Part shown: one piece after another, positions 20,876 through 30,090 of the stretch
Numbering within the stretch: the first letter of the stretch is position 1
How the letters are laid out: each line of letters starts with the position of its first letter
Assembly (NCBI GenBank): GCA_964343955.1
Contig: CAYFKU010000006.1
Coordinates: 6,016 to 70,015 of the forward strand
DNA from: an uncultured Rhizobium sp.
Lineage (GTDB): Bacteria > Pseudomonadota > Alphaproteobacteria > Micropepsales > Micropepsaceae
Reading direction: 5' to 3'
Length of the DNA stretch: 64,000 bases
Notes under the pieces: generated by a model
Told to the model about the DNA's origin: nothing
Seen by the model: the letters and a program-made list of their open reading frames with translations, nothing else
Database searches by the model: none
Program-made: the position numbers and the translations under genes

Positions 20876-21262
20876 TCAGACCTCTCCCGCCTTTGCATCC
20901 AGTTTGCGGTGCGCTGCTTTCAGGGCCGTGACGATATCCGAAAGAAGGGCCGGGAAAGGGCGCGCCACGGTGGTGCCGCGCGCGACGAGAACATAGTCAT
21001 GGCCTGCCCGTCCCAAAAGGGGCAGCAGTTGCGATGCCGCCGCGCGCAAGCGGCGTTTGGCCCGGTTGCGGGTGACGGCGTTGCCGATCTTCTTGCTGGC
21101 GGTGAAGCCGACCCGCAGCCGGTTCGGGACCGGATCGGGGTCGGCGCAGGTTTCCAGGGTGACGGCGCCCTCGACACGCCGGATACCGCGGGCGGCCCGC
21201 AGGAAGTCGGCGCGTGTTTTCAGGCGTTCCACGGCGATGGGCGGACCAACAGGCTGGTCCAA
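20876..21262 (-). CDS. rnpA: Ribonuclease P protein component
   Basis: RVGFTASKKIGNAVTRNRAKRRLR (RNR motif). Confidence 0.95.
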   Translation of the reverse strand: MDQPVGPPIAVERLKTRADFLRAARGIRRVEGAVTLETCADPDPVPNRLRVGFTASKKIGNAVTRNRAKRRLRAAASQLLPLLGRAGHDYVLVARGTTVARPFPALLSDIVTALKAAHRKLDAKAGEV

Positions 21263-21269
21263 CGGGGGC

Positions 21270-21404
21270 TTAGGCCGAAAGCTTCTTGCGGCCGGACGCG
21301 CGGCGGCGGTTCAGCACCTTGCGGCCGCCGGCGGTCGCCATGCGGGAACGGAAGCCGTGACGGCGCTTGCGCACGAGTTTGCTCGGCTGATAGGTGCGCT
21401 TCAT
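21270..21404 (-). CDS. rpmH: 50S ribosomal protein L34
   Basis: Manual translation [44 protein letters not shown] (44 aa; not in the ORF track). Confidence 0.98.
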   Translation of the reverse strand: MKRTYQPSKLVRKRRHGFRSRMATAGGRKVLNRRRASGRKKLSA

Positions 21405-21440
21405 GGCTCAGAAAGCTCCGAAAGGTGCGAAAGAGGCGGG

Positions 21441-21469
21441 GTTTTAGGGGCAGGCCCCCGGCCTGTCAA
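21441..21469 (-). promoter_or_regulatory. Putative sigma70 promoter of the rpmH operon
   Basis: TTGACA-N17-TAAAAC on the minus strand. Confidence 0.65.
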
Positions 21470-21599
21470 CGAGGGAAGGCCCGGCTGCGGGTCCAAGGGC
21501 CACCCGTCACCCGCGATCGGGTGTCAAAGGGGCCGTCCCGTCGGCCTGTCCTGCGGCGGGGGGAGAGGCGACAATTATCTAACCTATTGATATTGAAAT

Positions 21600-23315
21600 C
21601 TAATCTCCGATCACCACGCCGTCCCGGCGGGGATCGGCCCCGCCGACATAGCCCCCGGGGACCTTGCGGATGCCGTGCAAGCCGCTGGCCTCGCCCCCGG
21701 CCACTACCACCGTGTGGCCCATGGCGGTCAGTTGGGGCGCCAGCGCCTCATTGGCCGGGGCCCGCTCCAGCCGGGTGGGCCCGTTCAGGTTGAGCTGGCG
21801 CGGCAGGGCGATGGCCTCGGCCGGGGACAGGCCCCCGTCCAGCATCGCCACCAGGCTCTGGCTGACATAGTCGATGATGGCCGGCCCGCCGGGCGATCCC
21901 ACCGACAGAAGGAACTTGCCGTTCTTGTCGAAGACGATGGTGGGCGACATGGCCGACAGCGGCCGCTTGCCCGGCGCGGGTGCATTGGCCACCGGCTTTC
22001 CATCCAGCATGGGATCGAGCGAAAAATCGGTCAGGGTGTTGTTGAGGAAGAAGCCCTTCACCATCACCTCGGCGCCGAAGACCGATTCCACCGAGGTGGT
22101 CATGGCGATCACCATGCCGTTCTTGTCCGCGATGGTCATGTGGCTGGTGCCGTGCAGGACGGGTGAGCGCTGCGGCGCATAGTCGGCGCGCTTCTGCGGC
22201 GGGGTTCCGGCCTCGGCGGTGCCCATATCCCTGTTGGGGTCGATCAGCGCGGCCCTGCCGGCGATGTAATTCCTGTCCAGCAGGCCTGCGATGGGCACAT
22301 CCACAAAAGCCGTGTCGCCGACATATTTGGCGCGATCGGCATAGGCCAGGCGGCTGGCCTGGGTGAAAAGATGCGCCTCGCTAAGGCTGCCCGGTTGAAG
22401 CTGCGAAGAGGGGAAACGCTGCAGCATGCCCAGTATCTGCACGATGGCGATGCCGCCGGACGAGGGCGGCCCCATCGAACAGAGACGCCATTCCCGATAG
22501 GGCCCGCATACCGGAGCGCGCTCCAGCGCCTTGAAGCCCGCCAGATCGGCAAGCGTCATGCCCCCCTGGTTGACGGGCGCATGCTGAACCTTGTCGACAA
22601 TCGCCTGGGCGATTTCGCCCGTATAGAAAGCCTTGGCGCCGCCCGCCGCGATCAGACGCAGCGATTGGGCATATTCCGGATTCCTGTAGATATCTCCTTC
22701 GGCCAGGGGCGTGCCATCGGCGTGATAAAAATGGGCGCGGATATCGGGCATGTTGGCGCCGCGCGAGAAATTCTTGATCGTGCGCGCCAGCTTGGGCCCG
22801 ACCGGAAAGCCCTCATCGGCCAGCTTGATCGCCGGCTGGAACAGGCGGGCCCAGGGCAATCTGCCGTTTTTTTTGTGCGCCAGTTCCAGCATGCCCACCA
22901 CGCCGGGAATGCCCACCGACAATCCGCCCGGTATGGCCTCGGGCTTGGAGCGGGGCTTGCCCTCGGCATTCAGGAACATCCCCGGCGTGGCCGATGCGGG
23001 CGCTACCTCCCGGCCATCGAAGCTGGTTGTCTCTTTTGTTTTCGGATTGAAGACCAGCATGAAGGCGCCGCCGCCGATGCCGGACGATTCCGGTTCGACC
23101 AGGCCCAGCACCATCTGCACCGCGATGGCGGCATCCACCGCGCTGCCCCCGGCCCGCAGCATTTCCAGGCCCGCTTCCGCCGCCAGCGGATTGGCTGCCG
23201 CCACCATGTCGGTCCTGGCGAAGGGCTGGACATAGCCGGGTTTGACATCGGCGCTGCCAGCCAGTGGCAGCGACACCACCAGCAAGGCGGTGAGAAGAAA
23301 TCGCGTGACGCGCAT
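21600..23315 (-). CDS. ggt: Gamma-glutamyltransferase (exported)
   Basis: Signal peptide, AVDAAIA, SSGIGGGAF, autocleavage GTSHMT, LNN, KRPLSAMSP, GSPGG. Confidence 0.95.
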   Translation of the reverse strand: MRVTRFLLTALLVVSLPLAGSADVKPGYVQPFARTDMVAAANPLAAEAGLEMLRAGGSAVDAAIAVQMVLGLVEPESSGIGGGAFMLVFNPKTKETTSFDGREVAPASATPGMFLNAEGKPRSKPEAIPGGLSVGIPGVVGMLELAHKKNGRLPWARLFQPAIKLADEGFPVGPKLARTIKNFSRGANMPDIRAHFYHADGTPLAEGDIYRNPEYAQSLRLIAAGGAKAFYTGEIAQAIVDKVQHAPVNQGGMTLADLAGFKALERAPVCGPYREWRLCSMGPPSSGGIAIVQILGMLQRFPSSQLQPGSLSEAHLFTQASRLAYADRAKYVGDTAFVDVPIAGLLDRNYIAGRAALIDPNRDMGTAEAGTPPQKRADYAPQRSPVLHGTSHMTIADKNGMVIAMTTSVESVFGAEVMVKGFFLNNTLTDFSLDPMLDGKPVANAPAPGKRPLSAMSPTIVFDKNGKFLLSVGSPGGPAIIDYVSQSLVAMLDGGLSPAEAIALPRQLNLNGPTRLERAPANEALAPQLTAMGHTVVVAGGEASGLHGIRKVPGGYVGGADPRRDGVVIGD

Positions 23316-23382
23316 GGCCTGGCTCCGGCGGGACTTGAGTTCCAACCCGCGCATGGTAGGCCGGGCGCGCCCCCGCGCAAAG

Positions 23383-23411
23383 AAAAAGCCCCGCCATTGC
23401 TGGCGGGGCCT
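23383..23411 (-). terminator. Rho-independent terminator after the lipoprotein gene
   Basis: GGCCCCGCCA-GCAA-TGGCGGGGC stem-loop followed by TTTTT on the minus strand. Confidence 0.8.
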
Positions 23412-23435
23412 TGATGCGGAAAAAGCGGGTCCGGA

Positions 23436-24590
23436 TCAGCGCACGAAGACGCGAACCTCGCTGGCCGTGGCGGCAGGATCGGTGGTCGAAGCAACCGCCA
23501 CGCGCGTGGCGGGCACGCCCATGTCGGTCATGGAGCGCATGACATCTTCGGCATGGCGGCGCGCGGTGGTCTGGGCGATCTGAACCGAAGCGGCGGTGCC
23601 GCGGGTCGGCGCCACCGCCACCACCTGGAAGCTGGCGCTGGGACGGTTCTGCAAAGCCTGGTTCAGCGCGGCATAAAGGGTCTGCTGGTAATCGACATTG
23701 GGGCGGTCGAAGCGGACCACGACCAGCGGCGCGCCGGCGATCGAGGACTGGATGCCGGGGCTGCCCAGCGGCGCCGCAACGCTGCCGCCATAGAAATCGC
23801 CGTTCTTGATGGCATTGGCCAGCGCAGTCAGGTTGGCGCGTTCCGCCGCGATATAGGCGGTCTGGCGCTGGATGCCGTCGGACACTTCCTTCAGCAGCCG
23901 GTCGATCATCACGATGGTCTGGCTGGTTTCATCTTCCAGAAGCTGAAGCTGGCGATGGTCTTCATCGACAGCGCCGGAAACGTTGAAGGTGGCGCTGATC
24001 TGATCCTGCGCGAAATGGGCGGTCGAGCTGTCATTGGTGACCTGGGTGCCCAGGCCGTTCAGCGCATTCAGGTTGGAGGAAAGCGCATCGAGCTGGCCCT
24101 GGGCGGTGTTCCATTCCGCCACCAGCTCGGGATTGCCGCGGGTGGTGCCCACCTGCAGGCGGGTGGTGATATGGGCCTTGGCCTGCTGATAGGAGCCGGC
24201 CGAGCCCGCGCCCTGATTGCGCAGTTCCGCCAGCCGGCCGGAATTGACGGCCAGGCGCTGCTGCAGACCGGCCACCTGGGCGCGCAGGGACTGGATCGTC
24301 TTGTTGACCGCCGTGCCGGTGTCGGGACCGGAGCTGACGGCAACCGGGGTGATGGTCGCGACGGGCGCGCCGCCGGCAACGGCCGGAAGGGCGGCAACCG
24401 GGGCGCCCGCGGTCGGGGGTGCGCCGGCATCGGGGGCGGCGCTGGGCGGTTCGGCCATCACCTCATCGCTGCTGCTGTCCCCGAACATGCTGTCGATATC
24501 GGAGCAGGCGGCCAGGCTGAGGCCTGTCGCCAGCGCAAAAGCCAGAAACAGGCCCTTTTTGAGCCTGTGCTGTGCTGGAATTCCCCTCAT
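23436..24590 (-). CDS. Hypothetical coiled-coil lipoprotein with a C-terminal OmpA-like alpha/beta domain
   Basis: Lipobox LSLAA-C, Pro/Ala linker, long heptad segment, C-terminal VVVRFD...RRHAEDV...GVP..RV...EVRVFVR; start at ATG 24590. Confidence 0.7.
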   Translation of the reverse strand: MRGIPAQHRLKKGLFLAFALATGLSLAACSDIDSMFGDSSSDEVMAEPPSAAPDAGAPPTAGAPVAALPAVAGGAPVATITPVAVSSGPDTGTAVNKTIQSLRAQVAGLQQRLAVNSGRLAELRNQGAGSAGSYQQAKAHITTRLQVGTTRGNPELVAEWNTAQGQLDALSSNLNALNGLGTQVTNDSSTAHFAQDQISATFNVSGAVDEDHRQLQLLEDETSQTIVMIDRLLKEVSDGIQRQTAYIAAERANLTALANAIKNGDFYGGSVAAPLGSPGIQSSIAGAPLVVVRFDRPNVDYQQTLYAALNQALQNRPSASFQVVAVAPTRGTAASVQIAQTTARRHAEDVMRSMTDMGVPATRVAVASTTDPAATASEVRVFVR

Positions 24591-24930
24591 TATGCTCTCC
24601 GCTGCCCGGCACCCTTGACCTGCCCCTGCCAACCCGGAACGCCCGGCTACCAGAAGCCTGACTTCCAGGGACCGACTTCCCAAGGAGAAGGACACCAAAA
24701 CCCCAACCCCGTCCGCGCCCCAGAAAGCGGGCGGACCTCTCAATAGTCTTAACCAGCAGGGCAGGTGCCCACAAGGGATCACATGCCGCCGGGAGCCGAA
24801 ATCCACCCGTATCCACGGGTACTTGAATGATTTTGCGGCGGAAATCCCGCTGTGTCGCACTGTTGCCGCAGGGGATACGGGTTGTTCTTGCCTTTGTGCA
24901 GGCTCCCCAATAGGTTCGCGCCCTCAAAAC

Positions 24931-25007
24931 GCACCCGTAGCTCAGCTGGATAGAGCACCAGACTACGAATCTGGGGGTCAGAGGTTCGAATCCTTTCGGG
25001 TGCGCCA
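24931..25007 (+). tRNA. tRNA-Arg (ACG)
   Basis: 77-nt cloverleaf; D arm GCTCAGCTGGATAGAGC, anticodon arm CCAGA-CTACGAA-TCTGG, T loop GGTTCGAATCC, encoded CCA. Confidence 0.98.
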
Positions 25008-25191
25008 TTTCTCCGCTTTGCAGCCAAACGCCTTGGCGCAAGCCCTGCACAGGCTCGCGAGCCCGGCATTTTTTGCTTAGCGCGGCGCTAACCCTTTTGG
25101 CCCGCCTCTTGCGTATAGTTACCCGAAATGCCGCAATTGTGCGGAAAACGGGGCTTTTCGGTCTCCGCTACGGAAGAATTTGCCGGGCAAA

Positions 25192-25229
25192 ACCGGCAGA
25201 TATTGCCCAGGGCTGGGCAAAAAATTCCG
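25192..25229. promoter_or_regulatory. Tandem ftr-like (FlbD enhancer) elements
   Basis: CGGCA-N6-GCCC and GGGCA-N6-TCCG resemble Caulobacter ftr CGGCA-N6-GCCG; about 90-125 bp upstream of the sigma54 site. Confidence 0.45.
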
Positions 25230-25316
25230 TGCGTCGCGCGGCATTGGCCCTCAAGGGCCCGGATGATTTTTCGCCGGAGCGAAAAATCGATGTTTAAACC
25301 TTTCTGAACGCCGGCG

Positions 25317-25332
25317 CGGCATGCGCCTTGCC
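25317..25332 (+). promoter_or_regulatory. sigma54 (-24/-12) promoter of flagellin
   Basis: CGGCATGCGCCTTGCC = GG-N10-GC with TTGC. Confidence 0.7.
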
Positions 25333-25394
25333 TGAGTTCCCACGGGCCAAAAGGCTCCCGGATGCATGTCCGGTAACCAGAAAAGGTGGGACCA

Positions 25395-26222
25395 ATGTCT
25401 TTTAGCGTCAACACGAATACCGGCGCCCTGGTGGCGCTGCAGTACCTCAGCGCGACCCAGGGTCACTTGAACCAGACCCAGTCTCGCATCAACAGCGGCA
25501 TGAAGGTCGCCAGCGCTCGCGACGATGGCGCCATCTACGCCATCGCACAGAACCAGCGCAGCGCCGTCGCCGGCTATTCCTCTGTCATCAACTCCATCAA
25601 CAACGGCACCTCCGCCATCGATGTCGCGCTGTTCGCGGGTCAGTCGATTTCGGACCTGCTGATTCAGCTCAAGGCCAAGGCTCTGTCCGCCGCCGACGCC
25701 TCGCTCGACACGGCGAGCCGCCAGGCGCTCAATGCCAACTTCGTCGCCCTGCGCGATCAGATCACCACGATCGTGAAGAATGCGGTTTTCAACGGGTTCA
25801 ACCTGGTGGACGGTTCGACCAACCAGATTACGGCACTGGCGTCCTCGGACGGCACGCGCCGCATCACCACCGCGGCCCAGAACATGAAACTGTCGGGGAC
25901 TATCGTGACTGTGAAAAGCACATCCAGCATTTCAACCCAGGCCAAGGCCTCGGCGCTTGTGGCCACCATTCAGACCTCGCTGACCAACGTCAACTCGGCG
26001 CTCGCCAAGCTGTCGTCCGGCGCGGCGAAATTCTCCATCCAGGCGACTTTTGCCCAGAAGCTGTCCGATACCATCGTTGCGGGTATCGGCAATCTGGTCG
26101 ATGCCAATATGGCGCAGGAAAGCGCGATGCTGCAGTCGCTGCAGGTCAAGCAGCAGCTGGGCGTCCAGGCCCTGGCCATCGCCAACCAGGGTCCGCAGAC
26201 CATTCTGGCCCTGTTCCGCTAG
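25395..26222 (+). CDS. Flagellin, short Caulobacter Flj-type (275 aa)
   Basis: SVNTNTGALVALQ, RINSGMKVASARDDGA, FNGFNL, GNLVDANMAQESAMLQSLQVKQQLGVQALAIANQ. Confidence 0.96.
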   Translation: MSFSVNTNTGALVALQYLSATQGHLNQTQSRINSGMKVASARDDGAIYAIAQNQRSAVAGYSSVINSINNGTSAIDVALFAGQSISDLLIQLKAKALSAADASLDTASRQALNANFVALRDQITTIVKNAVFNGFNLVDGSTNQITALASSDGTRRITTAAQNMKLSGTIVTVKSTSSISTQAKASALVATIQTSLTNVNSALAKLSSGAAKFSIQATFAQKLSDTIVAGIGNLVDANMAQESAMLQSLQVKQQLGVQALAIANQGPQTILALFR

Positions 26223-26311
26223 TCGCAAGAAGCGCCCGGGAGCGCGCGCCAAGGCGCGCTTCCGGCAGCGTATGCCATAATCAAACTCGATTTAACGGGT
26301 TGGTGGGGTTG

Positions 26312-26341
26312 AAGGCGGATGGCGCAAGCCATCCGCCTTTT
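26312..26341. terminator. Bidirectional-type Rho-independent terminator between flagellin and the serine hydrolase
   Basis: AAGGCGGATGGC-GCAA-GCCATCCGCCTT followed by T run. Confidence 0.85.
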
Positions 26342-26355
26342 GCTTTGTGGGATTC

Positions 26356-27549
26356 TTAAGGCGCCGGCTCGCCGGTGGCCTCGATCAAAAGGCGCACGAA
26401 TTCCTTCATCTGGTTGCCATCGATCCAGCGCACCACCGCCACAATGTCATGCTGATAGTCGACAAAGATGATGTTGGCGCCATCCCCATTGAAGGACAGG
26501 CTGTCTTCACGCGCCGCCGGATAGGTCTTCTTTCCTGTGTTGAGGAACCAGTTGCAGAAGCCGTAATTGGGATTGGGGCCGGTCGGGGTGCGCGCCATGG
26601 CCACCCATTTGTCCGACAGGATGGTCTTGCCGTCCCATTTGCCCTTGTTGAGGCCCAGAAGGCCTAGACGCGCCTGGTCATAGGCCGACAGGAACATGCC
26701 GCCGCCCCAATGGCCGCCGCCGCCCACGGCTTTGATCTTCTTGCCGTCCACTTCGGTCACGGCGCCGTCATAGGCTTCCCAGTGCCAGCTATCGGACATT
26801 CCGATGGGATCGCCGATATACTGCTTCATCACGTCGGGCAGCGGCCGCTTCCACAAATGGGTCAGGGCAAGAGCCAGGGCGTTCACCCGCACATCATTAT
26901 ACTTCCAGGCCTTGCCCACCGGCGGCGGGCCCTTTTCCAGCTCGCTATATGGCTTGCCGGGCTCGGGCCGGTCCGCCCACCAGGGCTTGCCCCACAGGGT
27001 GCCGATCCAGCCCGACTGCTGGCGCAGCATGTCGTTCCAGGTAATGGGCTGGTTGTGGGGGTTCATGAAGTCCGGGGTGGGGCGCACATAATCGATCACC
27101 CGGTCATTGATGTTCTTGATCATGCCCTTGTCGAAGGCGACGCCGGCGACCGACGAAACGAAGGTCTTGGTGACCGAGAAGGTCATGTCCACATCATGGG
27201 TCTTGCCCCATTCGGCCACGATATAGCCGTGGCGGATGATGATGCCGTTGGCGGGGGCATGGGGCTTCAAGGGCCCGATAGGGGAGGAAAAGGCCTCGCC
27301 GGCATATTTCAGCGGCACCGAGATGCGCAGGTCGCGGATGTCGGCCACCTTGGCCAGCCCGGGCGGGTATTTCAGCTCCGCCGAAACGGCGAAGTCGATG
27401 GCTGCTTTCAGCTTGGCCGGATCGAATCCTTCCTGCTTGGGCGTGTGGCTCGCCCAGGCTTCGCCTTTGGGCGGAAAATAATCGGCGGCGAATGCGGGAG
27501 ACACAATGGCAGTGCCCAGCAGCACCGTCAGAAAGACGAATCCCTTCAT
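26356..27549 (-). CDS. Secreted serine hydrolase, beta-lactamase/PBP-like family
   Basis: Signal peptide (PAFA-A), SxxK as SVTK, YND, GGHWGGGM, GDGANII. Confidence 0.85.
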   Translation of the reverse strand: MKGFVFLTVLLGTAIVSPAFAADYFPPKGEAWASHTPKQEGFDPAKLKAAIDFAVSAELKYPPGLAKVADIRDLRISVPLKYAGEAFSSPIGPLKPHAPANGIIIRHGYIVAEWGKTHDVDMTFSVTKTFVSSVAGVAFDKGMIKNINDRVIDYVRPTPDFMNPHNQPITWNDMLRQQSGWIGTLWGKPWWADRPEPGKPYSELEKGPPPVGKAWKYNDVRVNALALALTHLWKRPLPDVMKQYIGDPIGMSDSWHWEAYDGAVTEVDGKKIKAVGGGGHWGGGMFLSAYDQARLGLLGLNKGKWDGKTILSDKWVAMARTPTGPNPNYGFCNWFLNTGKKTYPAAREDSLSFNGDGANIIFVDYQHDIVAVVRWIDGNQMKEFVRLLIEATGEPAP

Positions 27550-27638
27550 ACCCATTTCCTCCCTTTTTCAGGGCAGCTTCCGGGGCATGCCTGGCTTTGT
27601 CAAATGGCGGAAAGGTTGGAAATACGGCTGTGCCGCTG

Positions 27639-28400
27639 TCAGCCCTTCCTTGCCTTGAAGAAGATCCAGGTCAGGGCATGGGCGCTTGTCGATATGACCA
27701 GCGACAGGCCAAAGGCCGGCCACATCTCCATGCGCGCCAGCAAAAGATAAAGCGCAAAGCAGAAGGTCCCGACCGACGCCAGGCCCATGGTCATGCCCGC
27801 CACGGCTTCCTGCACCGCATGGCGGCCATATTCCACATGGCTGGAAATGCAGATGATCGAACCCATCACCGGGAAGGTCGAGAACAGCCCGGACCAGTGG
27901 GTGCCCAGCGCGGCGGCAAACTGGGTAATGGCAACGGTCAGTCCCGCCCCGGCCAGCATCCGGGCCGGCTGGGTCCACCAGGTATGCTCGCGCTCTTCAT
28001 CGGACGGCTCCCCGCGCGGATAGGCAAACTGCGCGGCAAGGAAGGCGGCAAAGGGAACCACCTCCAGCCAGGGCGACAGGCCCTCTGTCAGCACGATGGC
28101 ATAAGCTGTCGCGGTCCACATGCTGAAGCTGACAAGGATGCACCAGACCGGATGGAGCCGCCGGGCACACAAGGCATAGCTGCCCGTGAAAGCCAGCCAG
28201 GGTACCAGGCCGAAATAGGCGCCCAGCGCCGCCTGGCTGCCGAAGGCCTGGCCGTGTTCCAAGGTGATAAAGGCCAGCATCGGCCCACCCACAATGGGGA
28301 ACCCGGACAGCCATCCGGCCACGCGCGGACCATGCGCCCGCTCCAATACGCCGAAAAGCCAAAGGGCCAGCGGCACGATGGATAGTTTCAGGATCAGCAA
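27639..28400 (-). CDS. Hypothetical integral membrane protein (about 8 TM, two-fold internal repeat)
   Basis: Hydrophobic throughout; repeated G...AGWLSGFPIVG / G..WSGLFSTFPVMG; TTG start uncertain. Confidence 0.7.
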   Translation of the reverse strand: MLILKLSIVPLALWLFGVLERAHGPRVAGWLSGFPIVGGPMLAFITLEHGQAFGSQAALGAYFGLVPWLAFTGSYALCARRLHPVWCILVSFSMWTATAYAIVLTEGLSPWLEVVPFAAFLAAQFAYPRGEPSDEEREHTWWTQPARMLAGAGLTVAITQFAAALGTHWSGLFSTFPVMGSIICISSHVEYGRHAVQEAVAGMTMGLASVGTFCFALYLLLARMEMWPAFGLSLVISTSAHALTWIFFKARKG

Positions 28401-28593
28401 ATCAGCCCCCGTTTGGGCATGGTGACGCCAAAATCGGCAAAGGCCAATCTTGGAATATCCCCTTTCGTTGTCGCGGCTTTTTGTCCGCTACGCCGCCGCC
28501 CGGAAATCGCGCGCGCGCCGGTGATATGGTGCAACGCACCCACGCTTGCAGTCTCCGCAAAAACCGCTGACAGTCTGTCGGGGGAACAAAAAC

Positions 28594-30090
28594 ATGACAC
28601 GCGTATTTATCGCCGGCATTTTCCACGAGACTCATTCCTTTACCGGAACAATCACCGGCCTGGACGAATTTGTGATCCATCGCGGGCAGGAAATTCTCCA
28701 GCGGCGGGGCGATGCCTCGCAGGTGGACGGATTTCTCTCGGTGGCCGAACGCGAAGGCTGGGAGGTGGTGCCCGGCGCCGTCTATACCGGCGGAGCCTCC
28801 GGCACCGTGGACCATGCCGTTTTCGAGGCCTTCTGGGCCGAGGTGAAGCCCGCCCTGGAACAGGCGCTGCGGGAAGGCCTGGACGCGGTCCACCTGTCGC
28901 TGCATGGCGCCATGGTCACCAGCGAATGTGACGATCCGGAAGGCGAGCTGATGGCGCGTGTCCGCGCCACGCCCGGCGCCGAGAAGCTGCCGATCTATTG
29001 CGTGGGCGACCTGCACGGCACCCTGACGCCGAAGATGGGCAATCTGTCCAACTGCATGATCTTTTACCGGGAATGCCCCCATACCGACTCTTTCGACAGC
29101 GCGGTGCTGTCCACCGAGCTGCTGGCGCGATGCCTGAAAAGCGGGGTGGTGCCGAAACATTTCGTTCTGGTGACGCCGATCGTCTGGCCGCCCACCGGCA
29201 CCGGCACGCGCGATGGCCCCATGCGGGCGCTGGAAGATGCCGCGCGCCGGATCGAGAAGGAGGTGCCGGGCGTGCTGGCGGTGAATGTGGTCGGCGGCTA
29301 TGCCTTTTCCGACGTGCCTTATGCCGGCGTCGCCTTCAGCATCATCACCGAAGGTGACACGGACCGGGCCCAGGACGCCTTGCGCGAACTGGCCGGCATT
29401 GCCTGGGACATGCGCCATGCGGGCATTCCGCACCAGCATGACCTGGACAAGGTGGTCCGCGACTTCAAGGAAAGAAACAGCACGCCCAACGGTCCGGTTC
29501 TGCTGGTCGAACCATCCGACAATATCGGCGGTGGGGCGCCGGGAGACGGCACCGATGTGATGCGCGCGCTGTTGAAATACGACATCGAGGGTGCCGGCGT
29601 GGCGATTGCCGACGCCGAAAGCGTGCAGGCGCTGCAGAATGTGCCGATCGGCGACAAGGTCACTTTGGATATTGGCGGCAAGGGCAGCCCGCTCGATCCG
29701 GGACCCGTCACTCTGGAAGTGCAGTTGATCTCGCGCAGCGATGGCGTGTTCGAACTGGAAGACAAGAATTCCCATCTGGTGGGTTCGCTGGGCAAGATCA
29801 TCCATATGGGGCCCTGCGCGGTGGTGAAGCATCGCGGCCTGACCATTTTGCTCACCAGCAAGAAGCTGCCGCCTTTCGACCTGGGCCAATGGCGCAGCCA
29901 GGGGATCAATCCCGAAGAACTCAGCATGATCGGCATCAAGGCGGCGGTGGGTCACCGCGTCGCCTATGGCAAGATCATGTCCGAGGAATTCACGGTGAAT
30001 ACCTCCGGACCCTGCACCTCGGACATCACCAGGCTGCCCTATACCAGGCTGCGCCGCCCGGTGTTTCCGCTGGACAAGCTGGAGGGCTGA
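28594..30090 (+). CDS. M81 family (MlrC-like) metallopeptidase
   Basis: IAGIFHETHSF, LSLHGAMV, DLHG, YRECPHTD, DNIGGGAPGD. Confidence 0.88.
   Translation: MTRVFIAGIFHETHSFTGTITGLDEFVIHRGQEILQRRGDASQVDGFLSVAEREGWEVVPGAVYTGGASGTVDHAVFEAFWAEVKPALEQALREGLDAVHLSLHGAMVTSECDDPEGELMARVRATPGAEKLPIYCVGDLHGTLTPKMGNLSNCMIFYRECPHTDSFDSAVLSTELLARCLKSGVVPKHFVLVTPIVWPPTGTGTRDGPMRALEDAARRIEKEVPGVLAVNVVGGYAFSDVPYAGVAFSIITEGDTDRAQDALRELAGIAWDMRHAGIPHQHDLDKVVRDFKERNSTPNGPVLLVEPSDNIGGGAPGDGTDVMRALLKYDIEGAGVAIADAESVQALQNVPIGDKVTLDIGGKGSPLDPGPVTLEVQLISRSDGVFELEDKNSHLVGSLGKIIHMGPCAVVKHRGLTILLTSKKLPPFDLGQWRSQGINPEELSMIGIKAAVGHRVAYGKIMSEEFTVNTSGPCTSDITRLPYTRLRRPVFPLDKLEG

Noticed and set aside
21405-21600. Possible replication origin next to rpmH-rnpA-yidC
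   Set aside because: No dnaA, no DnaA-box cluster and no extended AT-rich unwinding region seen
24931-25400. tRNA-Arg as integration site for an island carrying the accessory genes to its right
   Set aside because: No integrase, no duplicated tRNA 3' end noticed in the window, and no evident shift in composition
28520-28560. sigma54-like site upstream of the first M81 gene (ACGCAC-N6-TTGCA)
   Set aside because: Lacks the invariant GG at -24 and the spacing is wrong
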